A stretch of DNA of 64,000 nucleotides from an uncultured Bacteroidia bacterium (GCA_903904515.1 CAIVCR010000060.1:30008-94007), one strand, 5' to 3'; counted from the stretch's first letter, positions 46,840 to 56,896 are shown. Notes: generated from the sequence alone by a model not told the origin. Made by a program: numbers and translations.

Positions 46840-47012
46840 TTTCTGTATGCCGGGTTTGAAGGACTCTTCGAGTAATTTATGTAAAATCTGCAAAACTAGG
46901 GAATAATCGGCTGTTTTGGACGAAAATGGGATTAAAGCTTGTATAATGTTATAAAATCATGCAAGGTTGTAAGGGGTGATTTGTGGAGACAGGAATAGCG
47001 GACAGTGAGATC
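46840..47012 (-). promoter_or_regulatory. Conserved upstream leader/promoter region of NHL-B (TAGTTTTG box at 46891-46898)
   Basis: Paralogous to 41605-41777. Confidence 0.5.
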
Positions 47013-47086
47013 GGGTGGGGCGAATTGCATTCGCCCTTTGTTTGAACGGAATAATAATACCGCGATTGCAAATCGCGGGACCCGGT
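47007..47086. repeat. R element copy R4
   Basis: GGGGCGAATTGCATTCGCCC followed by TTTGTTTG, then CCGCGATTGCAAATCGCGG and one CGCGGGACCCG unit. Confidence 0.8.
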
Positions 47087-47096
47087 CATGACAGAC

Positions 47097-47137
47097 AAAT
47101 TTTTAAATTAACACATTAGCACATTTGCAAATTTTCC
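47097..47137. repeat. ATT-N5 octamer tract
   Basis: attaacac/attagcac/atttgcaa/attttcct. ATTAGCAC is the reverse complement of the GTGCTAAT unit at 16880. Confidence 0.6.
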
Positions 47138-47187
47138 TCCCCATCTCCCCTTCGCTATTTGATCGCTTGCTGAGCGGTGCCGAAGCA

Positions 47188-48195
47188 TCACTCCTCCGGC
47201 GAATAGCCCGATTCATTAAGTATTTTCTGATAGTCATTGTCGGCCATTAGCTGTGTGAGGGTGATCTGAGGATTCTTTTTCATATATTTCTGCACGATCT
47301 GCCAGCCGATCCAGACTCCCGCTCTTCCGGGTGAATCGTTCGTAAAGCACGATGTAAAGGGAGCAGGATTTATAAACCGGATAATATTCATCCTGTCTGA
47401 ACTAAACAGCAGCTTGTGTTCAACGAGGTAGGTCCACATTCCCGGTTCATTCTTTTTACACCACTCTAATTTTTCAGGAAGAAAGCCGATTTTAAGCTCA
47501 TCGGGCTCTTCGGGAAACATCGCATCAAGGAAATAGAGCATCTTCCCCTGGTAAATCATCTGAGCAAGGAGGTTGTTGTTCGCCTCATCAAATTCGAATT
47601 CCGAGATCCCCCACGCATAAAGAACGTCCGTGGGAATTTTTTCAATGCGCATATTCTCCCTTTTGAAAGCTGGCAGCCCGAGTCGCTTATAAAAAGGGCA
47701 ATCAACGCCCAGGTAATTGTCGAGGCTGATCCCGATTGCCTCGGAAGTCATAACCACCGACTGGTTAAATCCCGAGATGATCGTAATGACCTCAGGGATC
47801 CGTTTAGCCGGGAAATAATAGTGGTAATGCCTGAATCCCCCCTCAAGTTTATTCTGAATATCGCTCAGATCATTAAACACGGAATCAATTTTCTGACGGG
47901 ATAATACCCTTATACTATCAGTGAGAAAAGCATTTAGATAAGTTGCATACTGCGGGTCGGAAGGATCGCCCAACGCGATAACATCCTTATTGTAAGCATC
48001 GAAGAACGATCCGTATGTTTTTTTAAGCCCAGGGATCATCGCCGGCAGATTAGTCGGTGTAACGTTGAAAATATCCTGATCCAGCCGCTTTATATTCAAA
48101 TGCATGTTGATGCCGGAAACGTTTACTTTTAATGGGTTTCTTTGACAACAGACAAGCAACAACAGGAAGGGGAGGAGACGGAAAACTTTATACAT
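47188..48195 (-). CDS. GldB-like gliding-motility lipoprotein
   Basis: Lipoprotein signal (LLLLVCC). The N-terminal I.RLDQDIF pattern and about 330 aa size fit my recollection of GldB. nadE is a neighbour, as in many Bacteroidota. Assignment not verified. Confidence 0.5.
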   Translation of the reverse strand: MYKVFRLLPFLLLLVCCQRNPLKVNVSGINMHLNIKRLDQDIFNVTPTNLPAMIPGLKKTYGSFFDAYNKDVIALGDPSDPQYATYLNAFLTDSIRVLSRQKIDSVFNDLSDIQNKLEGGFRHYHYYFPAKRIPEVITIISGFNQSVVMTSEAIGISLDNYLGVDCPFYKRLGLPAFKRENMRIEKIPTDVLYAWGISEFEFDEANNNLLAQMIYQGKMLYFLDAMFPEEPDELKIGFLPEKLEWCKKNEPGMWTYLVEHKLLFSSDRMNIIRFINPAPFTSCFTNDSPGRAGVWIGWQIVQKYMKKNPQITLTQLMADNDYQKILNESGYSPEE

Positions 48196-48403
48196 TGATC
48201 ACCATTTTAAATTTTGACTACATTTGTTCTTTACTTCCGGTATAATTTATATTGAATTGCCGGATAGTGCGTATATTTTTTGGTTCCGTTTTTTAATAAT
48301 CCCTTTTTATGGGAAATATAAAGCCCATGAAATATTAACTTTTAAACGTTCTCGCCAGGAATACAATCCGTCAACTGACGGACGCCAGGAAAATTCTAAA
48401 TAT

Positions 48404-48441
48404 CCTTTGCGCTGCTTTGCGACTCTGCGCGAAATATTTGC
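48404..48441. repeat. TTTGCG-word partial element
   Basis: CCTTTGCGCTGCTTTGCGACTCTGCGCGAAATATTTGCG. Confidence 0.5.
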
Positions 48442-48468
48442 GTTACATAAGAGATTGCCGGAACCCTA

Positions 48469-48476
48469 TAGATTTG
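48469..48476 (+). promoter_or_regulatory. Candidate -7 box (TAGATTTG)
   Basis: TAnnTTTG match 48 nt upstream of the ATG at 48524. Confidence 0.3.
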
Positions 48477-48523
48477 GTGTAAAAGTATAAAATGGGTGGA
48501 AAATAACCGTATTTAAAATTTCG

Positions 48524-49189
48524 ATGAATCTGAAAAAGCTTATACTGTTACTTATGATTTTGTCTGTTAGGCAGATATGCTTTGGACAGAAGAGGTTTGA
48601 TCTCACCTTTATTGCCAGTCCGCAAGTTTCATGGATGACCTCTGATTCAAAGTTTATTGTTCGGGGGAAAGCGTTTACAGGTTTTGGATATGGGGTCGAA
48701 GGGGATATCTTCCTGCACTCGGATAGTTACATAATAGTCACAGGGATGACTGTAAGCACGGTGGGTGGCTCAATGGTTTATAAAAAATCAATCCCGTTTC
48801 ATGGGAAAGTGCTTCCTGTTGGCACCTCATTGGATTATTCCCTTACCGACCTTGAGATTCCCCTTGCATTGAAGATGAGAACCCGAAATTTTAACCGGAT
48901 GCGCTATTTTGCCCAGTTTGGATTAACCAACTGGTTCAACATAAAAACAAATGTAACCACTAACGTACAGGAAAGTTCCACGCAGATGCAGGCGGTAAAG
49001 CATGAAATCCGGATTTTTAACCTTGGGCTAAATGTGGGAGGGGGATTAGAGTATGACCTTGGTCGTGGAAATGCATTGACAGGAGGACTGATCTACTCTT
49101 CAGGTTTTGTCGATTCGACGCAAAATTCAGGGATAAAAGATGCCACAACGCTGAATGTATTGCGCTTAAGATTTGGTTTTATTTTTTAA
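48524..49189 (+). CDS. Outer-membrane beta-barrel (porin/PorT-like) protein
   Basis: Signal peptide, alternating-strand pattern, and C-terminal ...LRLRFGFIF with terminal Phe. Confidence 0.65.
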   Translation: MNLKKLILLLMILSVRQICFGQKRFDLTFIASPQVSWMTSDSKFIVRGKAFTGFGYGVEGDIFLHSDSYIIVTGMTVSTVGGSMVYKKSIPFHGKVLPVGTSLDYSLTDLEIPLALKMRTRNFNRMRYFAQFGLTNWFNIKTNVTTNVQESSTQMQAVKHEIRIFNLGLNVGGGLEYDLGRGNALTGGLIYSSGFVDSTQNSGIKDATTLNVLRLRFGFIF

Positions 49190-49201
49190 AGAGATATTTT
49201 C

Positions 49202-50854
49202 ATGAAGATTGCACTTGCCCAGTTAAATTACCATATCGGGAATTTTGAAGCTAACCGAGACCAGATTATTCAAAAGATTGAGAATGCCAAAGCTCAGGGG
49301 GCTGAGCTTGTCGTTTTTTCTGAACTGGCCGTTTGCGGTTATTACCCGAATGATTTACTCGAACGGCGCGAATTTATTGACCGGTGTATCGATTCGGTTC
49401 AACTTATTGCAGAACATTGCCACGGAATCGCTGCGTTGGTCGGGGCACCAAGCATCAATCACTCTCCAAACGGTAAAATGCTTTTTAATTCGGCTTACTT
49501 TTTGAAAGATGGGAAGATCGGGAGTGTTCACAGTAAAACGCTGCTCCCAACCTATGATGTCTTTGATGAGTATCGCCATTTCGAACCCAATAATACCTTC
49601 AACCTGATTGAATTGAACGGCAAAAAACTTGCAGTTACTATTTGTGAAGATCTTTGGTATAATCAGCCGGTATTCAGCGCGTTTGGTCGTGAGAATCTAT
49701 ATGCATTATGTCCGGTAGCCGAGTATTGCAAGCAAAATCCCGATCTGATTATCAACCTTTCGGCTTCCCCTTTTTCCTATAACCAGGCTAAACTCCGCAA
49801 AGATATCCTCCTTGATAATGCCAGAAAATATAAGGTGCCCATTATCTATGTCAACCAGGTTGGGGCTCAGACCGAACTGATTTTTGACGGAGGTTCCTTA
49901 TTTGTCGATAATGGCGGAAAGATTGTTCGTGAAATGGCCTATTTCTCGCCCGATTTTGCGATCATAGAAACAGAAAATAAAAGTGTAGAACCAATTATCC
50001 AACCTGAAACAGATACGATCTCAATGATTTATGATGCTCTGGTGCTTGGAATCAGCGATTATTTCCGGAAGACAGGGTTTAAAACAGCTACTCTTGGACT
50101 TTCAGGTGGCATCGATTCGGCGGTCACACTGGTACTTGCCGAAAAAGCATTGGGTGCTGCGAATATGCATGTCCTGTTAATGCCATCGAAGTTTTCGTCG
50201 GATCACTCCATTGATGATGCGGTAAAACTGGCAGAAAACCTTGGTATACGGTATGATATTCTTAAAATACACCCCATTGTTGATGCATTCGATCAGACAT
50301 TGGAGCCGCTGTTTATGGGACGGAAACAGGATCTTGCCGAAGAAAATATCCAGGCGCGTATCCGTGGGACTTTATTAATGGGTTTATCGAATAAGTTCGG
50401 ACACATCGTGTTGAACACCTCCAATAAAAGTGAAGCTGCAGTTGGGTATGGAACCCTCTATGGGGATATGAACGGCGGTTTATCCGTATTGGGGGATGTT
50501 TACAAAACTGATGTTTTCAAAATGGCACGATTCATTAACCGGGACTCGGAGGTGATTCCAAATAATACGATTGTGAAACCGCCATCTGCTGAATTGCGCC
50601 CTGATCAGAAAGACTCAGACTCACTTCCTGATTATGAGGTGCTCGACAAGGTTTTATTCAACTATATTGAGCTGGCAATGCCTCCTGCGGAGATTGTAGC
50701 CATGGGTCTGGATGAGGCGACTGTTCACCGCACTATTTTAATGGTGAACAGAAACGAATACAAGCGTTTTCAGACTCCGCCGATTCTTCGGGTTTCGTCA
50801 AAGGCCTTTGGATTTGGACGAAAGATGCCACTTGTGGCAAAATATGCGTTGTAA
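49202..50854 (+). CDS. nadE: Glutamine-dependent NAD+ synthetase
   Basis: N-terminal CN-hydrolase domain (ELAVCGY, KTLLPTYDVFDE, ICEDLW) and C-terminal synthetase domain (LGLSGGIDS). Confidence 0.93.
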   Translation: MKIALAQLNYHIGNFEANRDQIIQKIENAKAQGAELVVFSELAVCGYYPNDLLERREFIDRCIDSVQLIAEHCHGIAALVGAPSINHSPNGKMLFNSAYFLKDGKIGSVHSKTLLPTYDVFDEYRHFEPNNTFNLIELNGKKLAVTICEDLWYNQPVFSAFGRENLYALCPVAEYCKQNPDLIINLSASPFSYNQAKLRKDILLDNARKYKVPIIYVNQVGAQTELIFDGGSLFVDNGGKIVREMAYFSPDFAIIETENKSVEPIIQPETDTISMIYDALVLGISDYFRKTGFKTATLGLSGGIDSAVTLVLAEKALGAANMHVLLMPSKFSSDHSIDDAVKLAENLGIRYDILKIHPIVDAFDQTLEPLFMGRKQDLAEENIQARIRGTLLMGLSNKFGHIVLNTSNKSEAAVGYGTLYGDMNGGLSVLGDVYKTDVFKMARFINRDSEVIPNNTIVKPPSAELRPDQKDSDSLPDYEVLDKVLFNYIELAMPPAEIVAMGLDEATVHRTILMVNRNEYKRFQTPPILRVSSKAFGFGRKMPLVAKYAL

Positions 50855-50905
50855 TTCAATAAAATTTTTAATTTTGATGTTTTATAACATCTAATTGGGC
50901 AATCA

Positions 50906-51607
50906 ATGTTGGATTCAGGTCAATATTATGAAAGTCAGTTCGAGGGTGAAGGGTGTATCTTCAATCTTTTAAAACCCGAAGAGAAGGCTATACTTGAAAA
51001 ATCCCACGAAATAACACGGTATAAAAAGAATGAATTTGTCTACCGTGAAGGGGAGATGCCTGTTGGAATGCAGTATTTAAAGGAGGGGATGGTCAAATTG
51101 ATCAAGGAGGGAATTGGAGGCCGCGATCAGATTATCCGGATGATCCCCAGGAACGGTTTGATTGGCTACCGCTCACTGATTGCCGGCGAGCCTCATAACG
51201 GCACTACTATTGCAATCGAAGATTCCGAAATTATAACTGTTCCCCCCAATATCCTTTATGATGTTTTGCTGAAGAATTACGATTTTTCGCTCGCTCTTTT
51301 AAAAGATCTTGCGTTAGAACTTGGTTTTTCCCACCACCGGACGGTGAGCCTGACTCAGAAACATATCCGTGGACGGCTCGCTGAATCTATCCTCCTTCTG
51401 ATTGAAAAATATGGTTTCGAACATGATAACAAGACTCTAAGAGCCTATCTGCCACGTGAAGACCTGGCCAACCTCTCAAATATGACCTCCTCAAATGCGA
51501 TTCGGACACTCTCTACATTTGCCGGCGAAAAGGTGATTGCCACGGATGGAAGAAAGATTAAAATTATAAACCTGGAAAAATTGGAGAAAATTAGCAGACA
51601 AGGTTGA
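50906..51607 (+). CDS. Crp/Fnr family transcriptional regulator
   Basis: cNMP-binding beta-roll followed by a C-terminal HTH (REDLANLSNMTSSNAIRTLSTF). Confidence 0.85.
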   Translation: MLDSGQYYESQFEGEGCIFNLLKPEEKAILEKSHEITRYKKNEFVYREGEMPVGMQYLKEGMVKLIKEGIGGRDQIIRMIPRNGLIGYRSLIAGEPHNGTTIAIEDSEIITVPPNILYDVLLKNYDFSLALLKDLALELGFSHHRTVSLTQKHIRGRLAESILLLIEKYGFEHDNKTLRAYLPREDLANLSNMTSSNAIRTLSTFAGEKVIATDGRKIKIINLEKLEKISRQG

Positions 51608-51919
51608 AAATCCTCTCTTAGATTTAGTGCTTTTTTACGTTGTTGTGTCAGTTTAATAAGAATTTTAACTTTTTAAGCGAAATTAAAACGTAAAAATAGG
51701 TATATGGAGTTAAGATAAAATGTAAACTGAATAAAATACTTGAAGTTATTGTTCGCCTAATCTCTTTTCTTTGAACCTAATCAGGTACGCTTGATAATCC
51801 AAAGTAGACGCTAAATTATCACGATATCAAAATAGGCTTTTTATCTGCTATATTTTTTAATTAAAGGATAACTGGTTATTTAAAACTACATCCAAATTAT
51901 AGAAATCAATAGTTTACAA

Positions 51920-54619
51920 ATGAAAAGAATCTGCGGCACCGCTCATAAATTATTATTCCTGATAGTCCCTTTTTTTATCATGTCCGGCATCTCCAAAGGT
52001 GCGTCGTTAGGGACTTCCAGGGTTGAAGTGATCTCCTCCAACTGGAAGATGCAACCTTCAGTTAAATTAGCTGGTTTGGACGAGAAGGTGATTTCCCAAA
52101 ATGGATATGATTCGCGCTCCTGGTATAAAGCGGTTGTCCCCGGCACCGTTTTGGGCAGTCTTACCCTTAGCAAGGTTATCGAAGATCCTACTTTTGGCAT
52201 TAATATGAAAAATGTCGATACCCTGCAATTTAAAAAACCGTGGTGGTACCGGACAACATTTAAGCTCAATGCAACCGATCTCAAGAAAAATGTAGCTCTT
52301 CGTTTTAATGGGATAAACTATCGCGCTGATTTGTGGATCAACGGGAAAAGGGTTGCTGGTAGCGATACCTTCGCCGGAACATTCCGCATGTATACCTTCA
52401 ATATCAATCCATACATTCAGAATGGGGAAAATACAATTGCGCTGAAATTGTCGCAATACGCGTATGGGGAATATTCCCTTGGATTTTGTGACTGGAATCC
52501 GATTCCCTCTGACAGGAGCATGGGTATATTCCGGGAGGTCTTTCTCGAAGTCAACGACGGAATTAAGATTCGCAGCCCTTTTGTCTATTCCAAAGTGGAT
52601 ACGATTACAAAGAAGGGGGCTGATCTTTACATCCAGGCAGAACTTGTGAATAGCACCAATAAACCAATTTCAGGAATTCTACGTGTTAATTACCAGTTGG
52701 GTACGGTTGAGAAAAAAGTGACTGTTCCGGCAAATGACACCCTTTCGTACCGGTTTAATCCTAATGAATACAGTCAGTTAACTGTTAAAAATGTAGAGTT
52801 GTGGTGGCCAAACGGGATGGGAAATCCAAAGCTTTATAATTTAAATGTTGAATTTATTGCTGAAAATAAGGTTATCGATCAGGTAACTAAAAAATATGGG
52901 ATCCGCGAAATCCGCAGCTATCTGAATAGCGAGAAGAACCGGACCTTCGAAATAAACGGGAAATTTATCCTGGTTAAAGGTGGTGGCTGGGCCGATGATA
53001 TCTTCCTTCGGGATACGCGCAAATCGGTTGAAGCGCAGATGAGATATATCCGACACATGAATCTGAACAGCATTCGTTGTGAAGGGTTCTGGGGGAAAGA
53101 TGATACCTTGTACGACCTGTGTGATGAATACGGAGTTCTGGTCATGATCGGTTACAATTGTATCTGGGAATGGGAAGAATACCTGCATAAACCGTGTCAT
53201 GAAAAATATGGAGGTGCCGTAAATGACGAGGATATCGCTCTGCTCTCTGCATCGTGGAAAGACCAGATGTTATGGTTGCGCAACCATCCCAGTATCTATC
53301 TTTGGATGTTGGGAAGTGATAAACTTCCCGATCCCCGACTTGAAAGGAAATATGTTGAGCTCTTCAAAAAATACGACCCTTCACGACCCTATTCAACCTC
53401 TGCAGGTGGTGCAGGCACTGAAGATAATAATGTGGTCGCGGCAGTTCCCCTTGTGAGTGAGATCAGTGGGGCAACCGGTATGAAAATGATGGGCCCTTAT
53501 GCATGGACGCCTCCATATTATTGGTTTACTGACACTAAGCTTGGAGGAGCCTGGGGTTTCAATACCGAAACCTGCCCTGGTGCTGCAATTCCTCCTCTGG
53601 CCTCGTTAAAGAAGATGATTCCCGAATCGAGTGTCTGGCCAATCGATAAAAAATACTGGGAATATCATACCGGAAGAAACGAGTTTACCACGCTCGATCG
53701 TGACATAAGTGCCATTGATAACCGGTACGGTAAATCGTCAAGTGCAGATGAGTTTACTTACAAGGCGCAGGTGAATAATTATGAGATCATGAGACCTCAG
53801 TTTGAGGCTTTTGTAGCTCATAAACCAAAGAGTACCGGATTGGTTCAATGGCAACTTAACTCGGCCTGGCCTAAAATGATCTGGCAATTATACGACACCT
53901 ATCTGCAACCCAATGGTTCCTTTTATGGAGTTAAAAAAGCATGTACTCCGCTTCATGCCATTTACAGATATGGTTTCGACGATATCTTCCTTGCCAATGA
54001 GGATTTAGCTGAGGCTAAAGATCTCACCGTTAAAATCAGGGCTTTTGATCTCAATTCAAAAGAGATTTTTGCAGACCAGTGGAAGGGCAATATCAAATCG
54101 AATATTTCACAATTAATCTATAAGCTTCCGGAGATCAAAAACCTTACCCCTGTGTGGTTTCTCGATATACGGATCTACAACAAGAACAATAAAGAGGTTG
54201 ATAACAGCGTCTATTGGCTCTCCCTTAAAAAGGATATCCTCGATTACGACGCCTATAAAAAATTGTCATGGCCATTTTATACGCCAACCAAACAGTTTGC
54301 CGACTTTACCGCGTTGGATCAGTTACCCAAGGTTCAACTTAATTACACGTATTTGTTTAGTAAAGATGAGAAGTTTGGAAAGATTAGTCTGAAGGTTAAC
54401 AATCCTTCAGCAACTATCGCATTCTTTATGTTCATGGATGTCATTAATCCTGCGACACACCTGCCCATTCTTCCGATTTACTGGAATGACAATTATGTAA
54501 CTCTGTTGCCGGGTGAAGAGCGGACATACGACGCAAGTTATTACCTGACCGATTCAGACGGGGGGAGACCGCTACTGGAGGTCCGGGCATGGAATGTTGA
54601 AAAGAAAACTATAAAATAA
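51920..54619 (+). CDS. Glycoside hydrolase family 2, exo-beta-D-glucosaminidase-like subfamily
   Basis: Signal peptide. WWYRT, NGINYRADLWINGK and RCEGFW motifs. G-S-D (53312-53320) sits where canonical GH2 enzymes have G-N-E. Confidence 0.8.
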   Translation: MKRICGTAHKLLFLIVPFFIMSGISKGASLGTSRVEVISSNWKMQPSVKLAGLDEKVISQNGYDSRSWYKAVVPGTVLGSLTLSKVIEDPTFGINMKNVDTLQFKKPWWYRTTFKLNATDLKKNVALRFNGINYRADLWINGKRVAGSDTFAGTFRMYTFNINPYIQNGENTIALKLSQYAYGEYSLGFCDWNPIPSDRSMGIFREVFLEVNDGIKIRSPFVYSKVDTITKKGADLYIQAELVNSTNKPISGILRVNYQLGTVEKKVTVPANDTLSYRFNPNEYSQLTVKNVELWWPNGMGNPKLYNLNVEFIAENKVIDQVTKKYGIREIRSYLNSEKNRTFEINGKFILVKGGGWADDIFLRDTRKSVEAQMRYIRHMNLNSIRCEGFWGKDDTLYDLCDEYGVLVMIGYNCIWEWEEYLHKPCHEKYGGAVNDEDIALLSASWKDQMLWLRNHPSIYLWMLGSDKLPDPRLERKYVELFKKYDPSRPYSTSAGGAGTEDNNVVAAVPLVSEISGATGMKMMGPYAWTPPYYWFTDTKLGGAWGFNTETCPGAAIPPLASLKKMIPESSVWPIDKKYWEYHTGRNEFTTLDRDISAIDNRYGKSSSADEFTYKAQVNNYEIMRPQFEAFVAHKPKSTGLVQWQLNSAWPKMIWQLYDTYLQPNGSFYGVKKACTPLHAIYRYGFDDIFLANEDLAEAKDLTVKIRAFDLNSKEIFADQWKGNIKSNISQLIYKLPEIKNLTPVWFLDIRIYNKNNKEVDNSVYWLSLKKDILDYDAYKKLSWPFYTPTKQFADFTALDQLPKVQLNYTYLFSKDEKFGKISLKVNNPSATIAFFMFMDVINPATHLPILPIYWNDNYVTLLPGEERTYDASYYLTDSDGGRPLLEVRAWNVEKKTIK

Positions 54620-54641
54620 TTATACCTAAAGAGTTGAATTT

Positions 54642-55562
54642 ATGAGATATGCAGTAGGAATCGATTTGGGTGGAACCTTTGTGAAGTTTGCCCTTGTTTC
54701 TGAAGAGGGTGATATTTTGTTTGATGATAAACTTGCGATAGGAGGGAAGGCTTTACGCGACGATATTCTAAGCACTGTTAGTAAAGCCATCGGATTAGTG
54801 ATTCAGAAAGCAGGTGAATTAAATCTCAAAGTCATTGGAATTGGTTTTGGATCTCCCGGAATTGTAGATGGTGGAATTGTTCATGGAGGAGCCGATAACC
54901 TGAACGGCTGGGAAAATATAAACCTTTCGGACCTTTACTCAAAAGAGTTTGGATTACCCGTTTTAGTGGATAATGATGCCAATGTGATGGGTCTTGGAGA
55001 GGCGGTTTACGGTGCAGCCAAAGGGTGCACAGATGCAATATTTCTTACCGTTGGAACAGGGATCGGAGGCGCTATAATCGCCAATGGCCAGCTCTATGGC
55101 GGTTATAAAAACCGGGGTACAGAGATGGGTCATGTGACTATCGATCATAAGGGGATAGCCTGTAACTGCGGTGGAAGGGGATGTCTCGAAGCCTATGCCT
55201 CGACCAATGCCCTGATCGGCCAGTATGCAAAACGTTCAGGAATGAATGACGCTGAGATTAATGGTCATTATATTGTGGAGAAATTTCAGGAAGGTGAAAC
55301 AGCAGCTGTTGAATGTATGGAGGAACATACCGATTATCTGGGACATGCCATTGCCGGCTTCATCAATACTTTTTCCCCGCAGAAAGTGATAATTGGCGGG
55401 GGAATTTCGGAAGCCGGACAATTTTATATCGACATGATCAAAAAGTCGGCCTTCAGTTATGTGATGCCTGATTGTTCACGCTTTACGGATGTCGTTGGGG
55501 CAACCCTTGGGAATAGTGCCGGATGCCTGGGCGCTGCATCCTTGATTTTTAAGAAACTGTAA
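54642..55562 (+). CDS. ROK family sugar kinase
   Basis: GIDLGGT, DNDANV, GTGIGGA, and zinc motif CNCGGRGCLEAYAS. Confidence 0.85.
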   Translation: MRYAVGIDLGGTFVKFALVSEEGDILFDDKLAIGGKALRDDILSTVSKAIGLVIQKAGELNLKVIGIGFGSPGIVDGGIVHGGADNLNGWENINLSDLYSKEFGLPVLVDNDANVMGLGEAVYGAAKGCTDAIFLTVGTGIGGAIIANGQLYGGYKNRGTEMGHVTIDHKGIACNCGGRGCLEAYASTNALIGQYAKRSGMNDAEINGHYIVEKFQEGETAAVECMEEHTDYLGHAIAGFINTFSPQKVIIGGGISEAGQFYIDMIKKSAFSYVMPDCSRFTDVVGATLGNSAGCLGAASLIFKKL

Positions 55563-55576
55563 CTAATACTTGTTTA

Positions 55577-56833
55577 ATGAAGAAAAATTATTTCCTGGTC
55601 GTTTTAATCATGTTCGTGTTTTTTGTTATTTCATTTCTAACGAACATTCTTGGAGCGCTCAATGACAAAGTATCACAGAGTTTTACGCTGACCGAAACCA
55701 TGGCCGGTTTACTCCCTTTCGCCTTTTTTATCGCTTATGGAATCATGTCTATTCCTGCCGGATTCTGGCTCGAAAAGTACGGGGAGAAGAAGATGATGAT
55801 TTTGGCCTTTCTTTTTGCATTTACCGGGGCTTTGGTGTTTGCCCTTTTCCCGAAGTTTAATGTTTTTGTCGTTTCCCTTTTTACCATCGGAGCAGGAATG
55901 GCTGCCTTGCAAGTGGTTATCAATCCGCTTTTGCGTGTATCAGGTGGAGAGACTAATTACGCCTTTTTTTCTGTAATGGCCCAGTTGATTTTCGGATTGG
56001 CCTCTTTTATCAGTCCCCAAATGTATACCTACTTTGTAACCAATATCGACGGCGGAAATGTGACTAAACCATTTATTGGTTTGATGACGACCCTAGTGCC
56101 AAAAGCAATGTCGTGGGTTTCGGTATACTGGGTTTTTGCCCTAATCGCAATCTTAATGTGTGTCGTGGTATTCCTGGTGAAATTTCCAAAGGTCGAGTTA
56201 CAGGAAGACGAGAAAGTGGGTTCCAAAGAGAGTTACTTCGAGCTGTTTAAAAATAAATATGTGATCCTTTATTTCCTTGGTGTATTTGCCTATGTTGGCT
56301 CTGAACAGGGAATTTCTTACTGGATGTCCAAGTTTCTGAAGGTATACCATGATATCAATCCTGATCTGGCAGGTGCCGATGCTGTCTCTTATTTCTGGGG
56401 ATTAATGACCATTGGTGGGATTTTGGGACTTGTTTTGATGAAATTGTACGACAGCAAACCAATCCTGAGATGGTTTACCATTTTGGCAATGATTTGTGTG
56501 GCTATCGGTTTGTCTGCCAGTGCCCAGGTTTCTTTATGGGCATTCCCAATGTCGGGATTCTTCTTGTCGGTAATGTATCCTGTGGTTGTTTCATTGGGAT
56601 TAAATTCTGTTGCCAAACATCATGGCTCTTTTGCCGGAATTTTAATGACCGGTATCGCGGGTGGGGCTATTGTTCAGATCCTGATCGGAGCCATCAGCGA
56701 TTTAGTATCACTAAAAGTCGGGATGCTGCTTATCTTCGTAACATTAGGTTATATTTTAAGCATCAGCTTCTGGGCCAAACCATTGGTAAACAACGAAACT
56801 GTCAGCCTGAAAAGTTTATTCAGCAAAAAATAA
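55577..56833 (+). CDS. MFS sugar transporter (FucP / glucose-galactose transporter-like)
   Basis: 12 TM helices. N-terminus FFVISFLTNILGALN...LLPFAFFIAYGIMSIPAG is typical of the FHS family. Confidence 0.85.
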   Translation: MKKNYFLVVLIMFVFFVISFLTNILGALNDKVSQSFTLTETMAGLLPFAFFIAYGIMSIPAGFWLEKYGEKKMMILAFLFAFTGALVFALFPKFNVFVVSLFTIGAGMAALQVVINPLLRVSGGETNYAFFSVMAQLIFGLASFISPQMYTYFVTNIDGGNVTKPFIGLMTTLVPKAMSWVSVYWVFALIAILMCVVVFLVKFPKVELQEDEKVGSKESYFELFKNKYVILYFLGVFAYVGSEQGISYWMSKFLKVYHDINPDLAGADAVSYFWGLMTIGGILGLVLMKLYDSKPILRWFTILAMICVAIGLSASAQVSLWAFPMSGFFLSVMYPVVVSLGLNSVAKHHGSFAGILMTGIAGGAIVQILIGAISDLVSLKVGMLLIFVTLGYILSISFWAKPLVNNETVSLKSLFSKK

Positions 56834-56896
56834 TATTAGGATTAATTATAAAGCAGATTTTATAATCTTAAAACAGATCATTTAATACCATTTATC

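Noticed and set aside
46840-46893. N-terminal extension of NHL-B from a TTG at 46893 (MQILHKLLEESFKPGIQK…).
   Set aside because: The paralogous NHL-A leader has an in-frame TAG at the equivalent position. Both proteins share the ATG-initiated signal peptide MKIPLL…, so the extension is leader DNA.
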